The notes under the pieces were generated by a model, which was not told the origin of the DNA, did no database searches, and saw only the letters and a list, made by a program, of their open reading frames with translations. 64,000 nt of DNA from an uncultured delta proteobacterium (GTDB lineage Bacteria; Myxococcota; Myxococcia; Myxococcales; Myxococcaceae). The position numbers were made by a program, and so were the translations under genes. The stretch lies in the NCBI GenBank assembly GCA_963796055.1, contig CAWCKH010000003.1, forward strand, positions 96,001 through 160,000, given 5' to 3'. Positions 29,599 to 39,419 of this stretch are shown here, one piece after another (positions within the stretch are counted from its first letter, which is position 1; the number at the start of each line of letters is the position of its first letter).

Positions 29599-31149
29599 AT
29601 GGCCGAGCCACAGAACTTCATGCGGGCCCCGGACCCGACCCCCAAGCGCACGCTCTACACGGACGCGATGGAGATCTTCCATCGCGCGGCCGACACCATC
29701 GGCCTCGCGCCGCGGGTACGCCTGGAGCTCGAGGAGCCCGACTACGAGCACATCTTCTACGTGACCGCGAAGCTGAAGGACCGCCTCCGCCCGCTCTCCC
29801 CCGAGGCCGCCAGGGCCTTCGGCGACCTGCCCGTCACCCAGGTGCGCGACCCGAACGGGCTGGAGCGGTTGGCCGACGGGCAGATCCTCCTCAACGGCAA
29901 GGCGCTGCTCGGCTCGGACGTCGTCATCCGCCGCGGTCACCTCCGGCTGCCGGACGGCGGCCTGTATCAGCTCATCCCCGGTGAGTCACAGCGCTTCAAG
30001 GCCTACCGCGTGCAGCACAACCAGGCGCGCGGGCCGTACAAGGGCGGCATCCGCTACCACCGCGAGGTGTCGCTGGACCTGTTCAAGGCGCTCGCCGCGG
30101 AGATGACCTGGAAGACCGCCATCTCCGAGGTCCCGTTCGGCGGCGCCAAGGGCGGCATCCAGATCGACCCACGTCAGTACGGCCGGGAGGAGATCGAGGC
30201 CATCACCCTGCGCTTCATGTACAAGCTGAAGCGCCTCATCGGCCCCAACATCGACATCCCCGCGCCCGACGTGGGCACCAACGGAGAGATCATGGCGCTG
30301 ATGATGCGCCAGTACCTCGACGGCGAGCACGAGCGCCACGTGGGCCGGGCCATCGTCACCGGCAAGGACGTGCGCATTGGCGGCTCCGAGGGCCGGGTCA
30401 AGGCCACCGGCCAGGGCGTGGTCTACTGCATCGAGGACTTCTACGCCGACCGGGGCGAGACGCTGCGGGGCAAGACCTTCGCCGTGCAGGGCTTCGGCAA
30501 CGTGGGCAGCTACGCCGCGGAGATCCTGGCCGGCCTGGGCGGGCGGCTGCTGGCGGTCAACGACTACGACGGCACCATCTACAACCCCGACGGGATCGAC
30601 GTTCCGGCGCTGCTCGCCCACGTGCAGGACCCGAAGAACCTCAAGCGGAGCGTGGTCGGGTTCCCGGGCGCCCAGAAGATCGAGAAGAAGGACTTCTGGG
30701 AGGTGCCGGCCGAGGTCCTCATTCCGGCGGCGCTCGGTGGAGAGATCACCGCGGAGGTCGCCGAGACGCTGAAGTGCAAGCTGATCGCCGAGGGGGCCAA
30801 CGGCCCCACCACTCCCGAAGCGGACCGGGTGCTGCTCAAGCGCGGCATCGACCTCATCCCGGACATCATCGCCAACGCCGGCGGCGTGACGGTGAGCTAC
30901 TACGAGTGGATCCAGAACAAGCGGATGGAGTCGTGGACCGAGGCCGAGGTCAACGCCAAGCTCGAGCACGCGCTGAAGCGGAACTACCGCATCATCCGCG
31001 ACATCTCCCGGAACACGCCGCGGAAGACCGAGATGCACGACAGCCGGCCGTTCTGCGTGGGAAAGCAGGTCGAGCCCCGGCTGGCGGCGATGATCCTCGC
31101 CCTCAAGCGGATCGAGGCCCACTACATCATCGAGGGCTTCTCGCAGTAG
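29599..31149 (+). CDS. Glu/Leu/Phe/Val dehydrogenase (glutamate dehydrogenase)
   Basis: RGPYKGGIRY, PFGGAKGG, DIPAPDVGT, VQGFGNVG, EGANGPTT, ANAGGVTVSYYEW. Confidence 0.94.
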   Translation: MAEPQNFMRAPDPTPKRTLYTDAMEIFHRAADTIGLAPRVRLELEEPDYEHIFYVTAKLKDRLRPLSPEAARAFGDLPVTQVRDPNGLERLADGQILLNGKALLGSDVVIRRGHLRLPDGGLYQLIPGESQRFKAYRVQHNQARGPYKGGIRYHREVSLDLFKALAAEMTWKTAISEVPFGGAKGGIQIDPRQYGREEIEAITLRFMYKLKRLIGPNIDIPAPDVGTNGEIMALMMRQYLDGEHERHVGRAIVTGKDVRIGGSEGRVKATGQGVVYCIEDFYADRGETLRGKTFAVQGFGNVGSYAAEILAGLGGRLLAVNDYDGTIYNPDGIDVPALLAHVQDPKNLKRSVVGFPGAQKIEKKDFWEVPAEVLIPAALGGEITAEVAETLKCKLIAEGANGPTTPEADRVLLKRGIDLIPDIIANAGGVTVSYYEWIQNKRMESWTEAEVNAKLEHALKRNYRIIRDISRNTPRKTEMHDSRPFCVGKQVEPRLAAMILALKRIEAHYIIEGFSQ

Positions 31150-31156
31150 GCGAAGC

Positions 31157-31504
31157 TCAGTGCATCACCCGCTCGCGGTCCACCAGCAGCAGCGGGTGGT
31201 CCTCCCGGGTCTCGTAGGCGACGATCCGCAGCCCCATCCCCCGGGTGTGGCCCGGCTCCTCCGCGCCGCGCCCGTAGCTGAGCGCGACCTGATACCGGAC
31301 CTCGCAGAGGCAGGTCATCTCGGTGCCGTCCTCCCCGGTGAAGGTGACCCGGACCCGGCCGCCGAGCGGCATCGGCTCGCGTGTTTCCACGAAGAGTCCC
31401 GTCGCCGAGATGTTCCGGGCGATGCCGCGGGTGAGGCCGTCCGGCGTGCTGATGTAGACGGTGAAGACCTTGTCGAAGCGCAGGTGGCGGCGGCGATCGC
31501 CCAC
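31157..31504 (-). CDS. PilZ domain protein
   Basis: RRRHLR (RxxxR) and NISATG (D/NxSxxG) c-di-GMP motifs; AAGGAG RBS before GTG. Confidence 0.85.
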   Translation of the reverse strand: MGDRRRHLRFDKVFTVYISTPDGLTRGIARNISATGLFVETREPMPLGGRVRVTFTGEDGTEMTCLCEVRYQVALSYGRGAEEPGHTRGMGLRIVAYETREDHPLLLVDRERVMH

Positions 31505-31591
31505 GGGCGTGCTCCTTCTGGAAGGATGCGACACCCCGCAGGGTACGCAGTAGTCAGATGTAGTCAAAATATCTACCTCAGGAGGTTCGTC

Positions 31592-32209
31592 GTGTTCGCC
31601 AGGTCGGCAGTCGTGCTCCTCGCGGTGGTCCCGGCGGTCGCTCTGGCCGACGGGCGCTTCGAGGAGCTCCGCAAGGGCGCCCAGCCGTTCGACGGCGGGC
31701 TGGGCGAGTTCCTCGAGATGTACCTCGGGGACTGCGGCCAGGCCTCGAACACCGCCAACTGTCGCAATCGCTCCCGCGAGTTCCAGGCGCAGGCGAAAGG
31801 CAAGCGCTTCTACGCCCTCATCCGTGAGGACGAGGCCGGGATGGTGGGCATGTCCACCAGCACGCGTTCCGGCGGCGACTTCACCATCGAGGTGACGCCC
31901 TTCTTTCCGGGGGCCGAGCACGCGCTGACCGACGCCGTCCCGAAGAAGACCGACGCGCGCGGCAACCCCGTCCTGCCGGTGCTGATGATTCCCGGGAAGC
32001 TGCCGGGCGTGGAGACGGTGGATGACATGGAGCGGTTGTTCAAGAACCGCGGGGTGAGGCTGGAGCTGCTGTTCCAGCCCGAGCAACCCTGGGCATTGCC
32101 GAAGAAGGGCGGCGGGACGCTCACCGGAGTGAAGGCAAAGCTGGAGGCCATCCAGGTGACCTCGCGCACCGGGGCGGTGCTGGCAACGTGGATCGCCTCC
32201 GAGAAGTGA
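31592..32209 (+). CDS. Secreted myxobacterial hypothetical protein (DUF6066-like)
   Basis: GGAGG + GTG; signal peptide ending ALA; family name from recall only. Confidence 0.7.
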   Translation: MFARSAVVLLAVVPAVALADGRFEELRKGAQPFDGGLGEFLEMYLGDCGQASNTANCRNRSREFQAQAKGKRFYALIREDEAGMVGMSTSTRSGGDFTIEVTPFFPGAEHALTDAVPKKTDARGNPVLPVLMIPGKLPGVETVDDMERLFKNRGVRLELLFQPEQPWALPKKGGGTLTGVKAKLEAIQVTSRTGAVLATWIASEK

Positions 32210-32264
32210 CCGGGGCCGGGTGAGCCGGCCTGGAGTCTCGCGCGCGGCCTGCTCTGAGCGGGCA

Positions 32265-32552
32265 TCAGCTGCCGGAGAGCGGGAGGACCCGGGTCACCGC
32301 CGCCGCGCCCTCGCCTGCCACCAGGGCGGCCACGTACTGCCGCGCCAGCGCCGCCGCGTCGATGCCCGGCGGCACCTCGCCGTCGATCTCCCCGCGGAGG
32401 AGCTTGTGCTGGACTGCATTCTCGAGCGCGGCCCGGCCGGCCGCGTCCTCGACGGGACTGCTCGTCCATCGCTCCGCCACCTCGATCAGCGCCTGGCGGA
32501 CGGTGCGGCGCTTGCCGAGAAGCGGCTCGAACACCGGGTCGTGGGCGCTCAT
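32265..32552 (-). CDS. Small hypothetical protein (TetR C-terminal-like tail)
   Basis: ATG overlaps the htrA stop; GEVPPGIDAAALARQY motif. Confidence 0.55.
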   Translation of the reverse strand: MSAHDPVFEPLLGKRRTVRQALIEVAERWTSSPVEDAAGRAALENAVQHKLLRGEIDGEVPPGIDAAALARQYVAALVAGEGAAAVTRVLPLSGS

Positions 32553-33946
32553 GGAGTCTCCAGCACCAGGCGCTTCGGCTTTCCCTGCCGCTCGATCTCC
32601 AGGGTCAGGCGGCTCCCCGCGGACCGCTCGGCCAGCGCCGAGCGGAAGCTCTCCACGCTCGCCACCCGCTGCCCCGCGGCCTCCACCACCACGTCGCCCA
32701 TCCGCACCCCGGCCTTCGCCGCCGGCCCGTTCGGCGCCACCTGGACCACCCACGCGCCGAAGGGCGAGCGTGCACCCAGCCGGCCCGCGGAGTCGGCGTC
32801 CAGGTCCGAGATGGTGAGCCCCAGCCGGTCCAGGTCACCCTGCGACTGCAGCTCGCCGGTCGGGCCTCCGGCGGGCGCGGGCCGCACCGGACGCTCGGCG
32901 ACCCGCGCGGTGAATTCCCGGGCCGCGGTGCCGCGCTGGACGCCCATCCGCACCAGGGTACCCGGGGCGAGCAGGGAGATCTTCCGGAGCAGCTGGAGGT
33001 ACGAGTCGACCGGACGTCCGTTGATGGTCGTCACCCGGTCACCGGCCCGGAGCCCCGCCGCCGCTGCCGGGCCACCGGGGTACACGTCCACCACCTGCGC
33101 GGCGTGCTTCCCCGGCTCCTCCACCACCGTCATCCCCAGCCATCCTCGCTCCACGTGACCGTTATCGAGGAGGTTGGGAAGCAGGTCCTTGACCATGTTG
33201 ATCGGCACGGCGAAGCCGATGCCCTGGGCATTGCTGATCACCGCGCTGTTCACTCCCACCACCTCACCGCGCATGTTGAAGAGCGGCCCGCCGCTGTTGC
33301 CGGGATTGATCAGTGCGTCGGTCTGGATGAAGTCGTCCAGCGGGCCCACGCCCAGCACCCGCTCCTTCGCCGAGATGAGGCCGTGCGAGACGCTGCGGTC
33401 GAGACCGAAGGGGTTTCCGATGGCCACCACCCAGTCGCCCACCTCGAGGCGGTCCGAATCGCCGAGGACGACCGATGGGAGGTCCGTCCCGTCCAGCACG
33501 TGGAGCAGCGCCAGGTCGGTGTCGGGGTCGCTGCCCACCAGCTCGGCGTCGAACAGCCGCCCGTCGGCGAGCCGCACCTGGATCCACTGCGCGTCCTTCA
33601 CCACGTGGTGATTGCTGACCACGTAGCCCTCGGGCCCCAGCAGGAAGCCGGACCCGGTAGCGGTCGGGACGCGACCGGCGATGATGCCCTCCACCGGCTC
33701 GGAGTAGGTCAGGACGTTGAGCACTCCGGGACTCACTGCGCGGATCAGCGGGGCCAGGGAGCCGGGGGCCGAGAAGCCCACCAGGAAGGGACCCGAGCCG
33801 TTGCGCTCTCGCCAGAGCGGCGTCTTGGCGTTGGTCGCCCGGTCTCCTTGCTCGAACGCCCGAGCACGCTCGCGCGCCCAGTCCTCGAATGCGTGCTGGG
33901 GCCCGGTGGCGGCGAGTGCCAGGGCGAGAAAGGCGGAGAGCGGCAC
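32549..33946 (-). CDS. HtrA/DegP-family serine protease with two PDZ domains
   Basis: GSGF, SNHHVV, DLALL, IQTDALINPGNSGGPL, two PDZ repeats. Confidence 0.94.
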   Translation of the reverse strand: MPLSAFLALALAATGPQHAFEDWARERARAFEQGDRATNAKTPLWRERNGSGPFLVGFSAPGSLAPLIRAVSPGVLNVLTYSEPVEGIIAGRVPTATGSGFLLGPEGYVVSNHHVVKDAQWIQVRLADGRLFDAELVGSDPDTDLALLHVLDGTDLPSVVLGDSDRLEVGDWVVAIGNPFGLDRSVSHGLISAKERVLGVGPLDDFIQTDALINPGNSGGPLFNMRGEVVGVNSAVISNAQGIGFAVPINMVKDLLPNLLDNGHVERGWLGMTVVEEPGKHAAQVVDVYPGGPAAAAGLRAGDRVTTINGRPVDSYLQLLRKISLLAPGTLVRMGVQRGTAAREFTARVAERPVRPAPAGGPTGELQSQGDLDRLGLTISDLDADSAGRLGARSPFGAWVVQVAPNGPAAKAGVRMGDVVVEAAGQRVASVESFRSALAERSAGSRLTLEIERQGKPKRLVLETP

Positions 33947-33962
33947 GAGTCGGAGGCCGACT

Positions 33963-34574
33963 CTACGCCTTCGCGGGCTCCACGTACCGGCCCACCTTCA
34001 CCCGGCCGGGGCGGATGACCCGGCCACGCATGGCGTACCCGGCCCGCTGCTCGGAGAGCACCCGGTCACCTTGCTCCGGCGAGGACACCATCTCCATGTC
34101 CACCGCCTCGGCGGCGTTGGGGTCGTAGGGACGCCCCACCAGGTCCAGCCGCTCGATGCCGCTGGCGGAAAGCTTCTGGAGCAGCTTGTCCCGGATGAGA
34201 CGGATGCCCTGGGCGAAGGGAGAGCCGTCATCGGCGGCGAGCGAGTGGTCCAGCTCGTCGATGGCCTCGATGAGCGCCAGGGCCACGTTCCCCTTCTCCA
34301 CCTCGAGCAGGCGGTCGCGCTCGCGCTGGAGGCGCTGCTTGAACTCTTCCCGGTCGCGCATCACGTCCTGGATGCCGCGCGCCAGCTCGTCCACGCGGCG
34401 ACGGGCGGCGTCCAGCTCGGTCCGGAGCTGCGTCGCCTCGTCGGGCGCCTCGGGCTCCGAGCCTGCGGCGGGGGCCTCGGGCGCGGGCGCAGTCTCGGAC
34501 TGGGTCTCGGGAACGCCCGCCCGGGGGGTCCCGTCGGGATTGTACCGGCGCTTGTCGTTCACTCGGACGGTCAT
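33963..34574 (-). CDS. grpE: Nucleotide exchange factor GrpE
   Basis: Coiled-coil N-half; G.PYDPNAAEAV, GY.MRGRVIRPGRVKV. Confidence 0.9.
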   Translation of the reverse strand: MTVRVNDKRRYNPDGTPRAGVPETQSETAPAPEAPAAGSEPEAPDEATQLRTELDAARRRVDELARGIQDVMRDREEFKQRLQRERDRLLEVEKGNVALALIEAIDELDHSLAADDGSPFAQGIRLIRDKLLQKLSASGIERLDLVGRPYDPNAAEAVDMEMVSSPEQGDRVLSEQRAGYAMRGRVIRPGRVKVGRYVEPAKA

Positions 34575-34695
34575 CGCTCGGCTGGCAACCTAACCAGACC
34601 GTCCATGCTGTCAACGCCTCTTCCAGTCCAGAAGCAGACGTCCCTCAGGCGTGTGATTCGCCCCAGGCGGCTGTCGCCCCGGTGGGCTCGTCCGC

Positions 34696-35135
34696 ATCTC
34701 CGGTCGGTTGGTCCCGCCGATGCTGATCAGCCCGGCCCGGGCGTCGAACCCGTCCATCTCGGCGAGCATCTGGTTGAGCGTCTGCTCCCGCTCGTCGTGC
34801 CCGCCCACCGCTCCGTCGCTGCGGGTCTTGCCGATGGCGTCCAGCTCGTCGATGAAGATGATGCACGGGGCCTTCGCCTGGGCCTGGGCGAAGAGGTCGC
34901 GCACCCGCGCCGCCCCCACCCCGACGAACATCTCCACGAACTCCGAGCCGGAGAGGGAGAAGGACGGCACCCCGGCCTCGCCGGCCACCGCCCGGGCGAG
35001 CAGCGTCTTGCCCGTCCCCGGAGGGCCGACCAGGAGCACGCCCTTGGGGATGCGTCCGCCGAGCTTCCGGAGCTTCTCCGGCGTGCGGAGGAACTCGACG
35101 ATCTCCCGCAGCTCGTCCACCGCCTCGTCGATGCC
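34696..35135 (-). pseudogene. Internal fragment of an FtsH paralog (AAA domain only)
   Basis: [16 protein letters not shown]...[15 protein letters not shown]...[11 protein letters not shown]...[16 protein letters not shown]...TNRPE; no TM or protease domain and no evident start. Confidence 0.85.
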
Positions 35136-35372
35136 ACAATCCACGGCGCGGTGGCCGAGACCCGCCTGGTTTTCTCGTGCTTGCGCCCACGCGGATTGAC
35201 GCCCGCCGGGTCGTTGGAGGAGGAACGCACGCCGCTCCCGGAGATGGGCATGGACCGTGGGACGGCAACGCCGCTTCGCTGCCCGGGTGTCGGGCGGGCT
35301 TGAGAAGCCCGCAGCTCCATCGTACGAGTGTCGACGGCGCCGCCCCTGGCGCCGCGGACGGAGGTCACGAGG

Positions 35373-37031
35373 ATGGCGGGACGGGTGATCCGGGCCCCCC
35401 GGGGAAGCGAGCGCAGCTGCCGCGGCTGGGTGCAGGAGGCCGCGATGCGAATGCTCATGAACAACCTCGACCCGGAGGTGGCCGAGCGGCCCGGGGACCT
35501 GGTGGTCTACGGCGGCACCGGGAAAGCGGCGCGGGACTGGCCCTCGTTCGACCGGATGGTGGCGACGCTCCGGGCGCTGGGCGACGACGAGACGATGCTG
35601 GTCCAGTCCGGGAAGCCGGTGGGAGTGCTCCGGACCCATCCCGACGCGCCCCGCGTGCTGCTGGCGAACTCGAACCTGGTCGGACGCTGGTCCACCTGGG
35701 AGGTGTTCCGCGAGCTCGAGGCGAAGGGCCTGATGATGTACGGGCAGATGACCGCGGGCTCGTGGATCTACATCGGCACGCAGGGGATCTTGCAGGGCAC
35801 CTACGAGACGTTCGCCCAGGCAGGGCGGACCCACTTCGGCAGCGACGACCTCTCGGGCCGGCTGGTGCTCTCGGGAGGCCTCGGCGGAATGGGTGGGGCC
35901 CAGCCGCTGGCGGCGACGATGAACGGCGCGGTGTTCCTCGGGGTCGAGGTGGATCCAGAGAGGGCCCGGCGCCGGGTCGAGCACCGCTACCTCGACGTCA
36001 TCGCCCGGGACCTGGACGATGCGCTGGCCCAGGTGGAGACGGCCCGCGCCCGGAGGCAAGCCCGGTCCATCGCGGTCATCGGGAACGCGGCGGACGTCTA
36101 CCCCGAGCTGGTCCGCCGCGGCATCGCGCCGGACCTGGTGACCGACCAGACGTCGGCGCACGATCCGCTGAACGGGTACATCCCCCGTGGGCTCTCGCTC
36201 ACCGAGGCGGCGGAGCTGCGCCGGACGCGTCCCGAGGAGCACGTGCGCCGCGCACAGGAGTCGATGGGATTCCAAGTAAAGGCGATGCTGGAGATGAAGG
36301 CGGCCGGAAGCCACGTCTTCGATTACGGCAACAACATCCGCGCCGGCGCGCAGGCCGCGGGGCTGAAGAACGCCTTCGACTTCCCGGGATTCGTCCCGGC
36401 CTACATCCGTCCGCTCTTCTGCGAGGGCTCGGGCCCGTTCCGGTGGGTAGCGCTGTCGGGCGACCCGGAGGACATCCGTCGGACGGATCGCGCGGTGCTG
36501 GAGCTGTTCCCGGAGAAGACGGGGCTCGCGCGGTGGATCCGCATGGCCAGCGAGCGGGTGGCGTTCCAGGGACTGCCCGCACGCATCTGCTGGCTCGGCT
36601 ACGGCGAGCGGCACCGGGCAGGGCTGGCCTTCAACGAGCTGGTGCGCCGGGGCGAGGTGAAGGCACCGATCGTCATCGGACGCGACCACCTCGACTGCGG
36701 CTCGGTGGCCTCGCCCAACCGGGAGACCGAGGCGATGAAGGACGGCTCGGACGCGGTGGCGGACTGGCCCATCCTGAACGCGCTGGTGAACGCGGTGAAC
36801 GGCGCGAGCTGGGTCAGCGTGCACAACGGCGGCGGGGTGGGCATCGGCTACTCGCTGCACGCCGGGCAGGTCATCGTCGCCGATGGGACCGAGGCAGCCG
36901 CGCGGCGCATCGAGCGGGTGCTCACCTCGGACCCGGGCATGGGCGTGCTTCGCCACGTCGACGCGGGCTACTCCGAGGCGGTCGAGGTGGCCCGCGCGCG
37001 CGGGGTGAAGGTGCCCGGCATCACGGGCTGA
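35373..37031 (+). CDS. hutU: Urocanate hydratase
   Basis: [52 protein letters not shown]. Confidence 0.97.
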   Translation: MAGRVIRAPRGSERSCRGWVQEAAMRMLMNNLDPEVAERPGDLVVYGGTGKAARDWPSFDRMVATLRALGDDETMLVQSGKPVGVLRTHPDAPRVLLANSNLVGRWSTWEVFRELEAKGLMMYGQMTAGSWIYIGTQGILQGTYETFAQAGRTHFGSDDLSGRLVLSGGLGGMGGAQPLAATMNGAVFLGVEVDPERARRRVEHRYLDVIARDLDDALAQVETARARRQARSIAVIGNAADVYPELVRRGIAPDLVTDQTSAHDPLNGYIPRGLSLTEAAELRRTRPEEHVRRAQESMGFQVKAMLEMKAAGSHVFDYGNNIRAGAQAAGLKNAFDFPGFVPAYIRPLFCEGSGPFRWVALSGDPEDIRRTDRAVLELFPEKTGLARWIRMASERVAFQGLPARICWLGYGERHRAGLAFNELVRRGEVKAPIVIGRDHLDCGSVASPNRETEAMKDGSDAVADWPILNALVNAVNGASWVSVHNGGGVGIGYSLHAGQVIVADGTEAAARRIERVLTSDPGMGVLRHVDAGYSEAVEVARARGVKVPGITG

Positions 37032-37101
37032 ACGTCCGAGATTGCCGAGAGGCGGCCCCGAGCGCGATGCTCCGCCACGGCCGAGGACGGCCCAACCGGC
37101 G

Positions 37102-38364
37102 ATGAACCATCCCTTCGACCTCCTCGTCCGCAATGCCGGGACGCTCTTCACCGCCGACGGTCCGGGCGAAGGAAACGCCGAGCAGCTGCTCGCGCCGATC
37201 CGGCGCGGTGCAGTCGGCATCCAGGACGCGCATGTGGCGTGGATCGGCGCCGAGGGAGACGTTCCGGCGGAGAGCATCGCGCCCTCCACGAAGATCCTCG
37301 ACGCCGGAGGAGGCCTGGTCGCGCCGGGCTTCGTCGACGCGCACACCCATCTGGTGTGGGCGGGAGATCGCTCCCACGAGTTCGCCCTCCGCTGCGCTGG
37401 CGCCGACTACCTGTCCATCGCCCGGGGCGGCGGAGGGATCGCCTCCACCGTGCGAGCGGTGCGTGAGGCCTCCGACGAGACTCTCATCGCCCTCGCCCTC
37501 GCCCGCCTCCAGCGGCTTCTCGCCCAGGGGGTCACCACCGCCGAGGTGAAGAGCGGCTACGGGCTGGACGCCGACACCGAGCTGCGGATGCTGCGGGTCA
37601 TCGACCTGCTCGGCAGCCGCCAGCCCATCCGGCTCCTGCGCACGTTCCTCTGGCCGCATGCGATGCCACCCGGGAGCACCGACCGGACCGGTTTCCTCGC
37701 CCGGGGACACGAGGTCTTGCACGAGGTGGCGCGCACCGGCATGGCCCGCTTCGCCGATGCGTTCGTGGAAGAAGGGGCGTTCGGTCAGGACGAGGTCCGT
37801 CCCTTCCTCGAGGAGGCCCGCCAGCTGGGACTCGGGCTCAAGCTCCACGTGGACCAGCTCCATGCCGGCCGGGGTGCCCAGTTCGCGGCGAGCCTCGCGG
37901 CGATCTCCGCCGACCACCTCGAGTGGGTCGACCCCGAGGGCATCGACGCGCTCGCGCGGGCGCACGTCACCGCGGTGCTCATCCCCACCGCCACCCTCGT
38001 CCTCCGTCTCCCGCGCCCTGCGCCTGGACGTGCGCTGGTGGACGCAGGCGTGGGCGTGGCCATCGCCACCAACTGCAATCCGGGCAGCGCGCCGAGCGAG
38101 AACCTGGCGCTGGCGCTCTCGCTGGCCTGCCTGCAGAACGGCCTCACGCCGGCCGAGGCACTCCTGGGGGTCACCCGGCGGGGCGGCGAGGCGCTCGGGG
38201 ACAGCTCGCTGGGCAGGCTGCGGGTGGGGGGACCGGCGGATCTGGTGGTGCTCGGTGCGCCCGACGTGGACCACCTCGTCGCCCACATCGCCACCAGCCA
38301 CGTGCAGGCGGTGGTGCGCGCCGGGCGCGTCGTCCTGCGTTCGGACGCCAACGCCCGGTGCTGA
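37102..38364 (+). CDS. hutI: Imidazolonepropionase
   Basis: [51 protein letters not shown]. Confidence 0.93.
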   Translation: MNHPFDLLVRNAGTLFTADGPGEGNAEQLLAPIRRGAVGIQDAHVAWIGAEGDVPAESIAPSTKILDAGGGLVAPGFVDAHTHLVWAGDRSHEFALRCAGADYLSIARGGGGIASTVRAVREASDETLIALALARLQRLLAQGVTTAEVKSGYGLDADTELRMLRVIDLLGSRQPIRLLRTFLWPHAMPPGSTDRTGFLARGHEVLHEVARTGMARFADAFVEEGAFGQDEVRPFLEEARQLGLGLKLHVDQLHAGRGAQFAASLAAISADHLEWVDPEGIDALARAHVTAVLIPTATLVLRLPRPAPGRALVDAGVGVAIATNCNPGSAPSENLALALSLACLQNGLTPAEALLGVTRRGGEALGDSSLGRLRVGGPADLVVLGAPDVDHLVAHIATSHVQAVVRAGRVVLRSDANARC

Positions 38365-38567
38365 AGAAAGTTCCAGCCCGGGTCTCCCGATGAGGCCCGG
38401 ACCGGAACAGGGCTTTCCCGCTCTGCCTCCGACCACCGGAGGGCAGAACACCCATGCCCGCGCGAACACAGATCACGCCTTTACATTCCGAAACAGGGAG
38501 TTCCTGCAGTGGGTGGCGCGCGCCCCGCTGCGAACGTCACGCGGCTCGTGTATGAAGAGTAAAGTCC

Positions 38568-39416
38568 ATGTGTCGGCTGTTCGGTTTCCGGTCCGCGGCG
38601 TCGGAACGGGTACATGACGCCCTGGTACTCGAGCGCAACTCGTTGCGCCGGCAATCCCTCGAGCATCCGGACGGATGGGGAATCGCGTCATGGCAGGACG
38701 GCGGCCCCCCTCAGGTCGCCCGCGGACTGGGCGCGGCCCACCTGGATCCCGAGTTCGAACGGATCAGCAGTGCGGTGCAGGCCCGCACCGTCCTCGCCCA
38801 TCTGCGGCTGGCCTCGGTCGGTTCGGTGAAGCTGGACAACGCGCACCCTTTCACCCACGGCCGCTGGGCCTTCGCTCACAACGGCACGCTGCACGCGTTC
38901 GACCGGCACCGCGCGGCGATCGAGGCGCTCATCGCCCCGGCGTACCGCGCCTTTCGTGGCGACACCGATTCCGAGCGCTGCTTCGCGCTGTTCCTCACCC
39001 GCCTCGCGTCTCGAGCCGATCCCGACCAGCAGCCCTCCCTCCGGGACGTGCAGTGGGCGCTGGCCACCGCCATGGACGAGATCGCCCGCATCACCGACGT
39101 GGACGTGGGCAATGGCAAGCGCTCGGCGATGAACTTCCTGGTCACCGACGGGGACCTGCTCGCCGCCACCCGGCGCGACCGCACCCTCTTCTTCGCCGCC
39201 GAGTCGGACGAGAACGTTCCATTCCGCGACCGCCCTGCCACCGGCACCCGGGTATTCGCCCTGGAGGTCGCCAGCGAGGAGCTGCAGGGCCCGGACGTCT
39301 GGCACGAGGTTCCCCAGGACGGCGTGATTGGCATCGACCGGGACCTCGCCTTCGTGGAAACCTCGCTCGCGACGCTGCTTCAGCGCACCGCGGGCACGCT
39401 CGCCCGCACGGGGTGA
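38568..39416 (+). CDS. Class II glutamine amidotransferase (YafJ/EgtC-like Ntn hydrolase)
   Basis: N-terminal MCRLFG, HPDGWG, AHLRLAS, NAHPF, FAHNG, GDTDSE. Confidence 0.9.
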   Translation: MCRLFGFRSAASERVHDALVLERNSLRRQSLEHPDGWGIASWQDGGPPQVARGLGAAHLDPEFERISSAVQARTVLAHLRLASVGSVKLDNAHPFTHGRWAFAHNGTLHAFDRHRAAIEALIAPAYRAFRGDTDSERCFALFLTRLASRADPDQQPSLRDVQWALATAMDEIARITDVDVGNGKRSAMNFLVTDGDLLAATRRDRTLFFAAESDENVPFRDRPATGTRVFALEVASEELQGPDVWHEVPQDGVIGIDRDLAFVETSLATLLQRTAGTLARTG

Positions 39417-39419
39417 GCC

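Noticed and set aside
38361..38500. Hammerhead ribozyme (CTGAAGA ... GAAAC)
   Set aside because: Stem II and the cleavage-site helices cannot be formed around the core words
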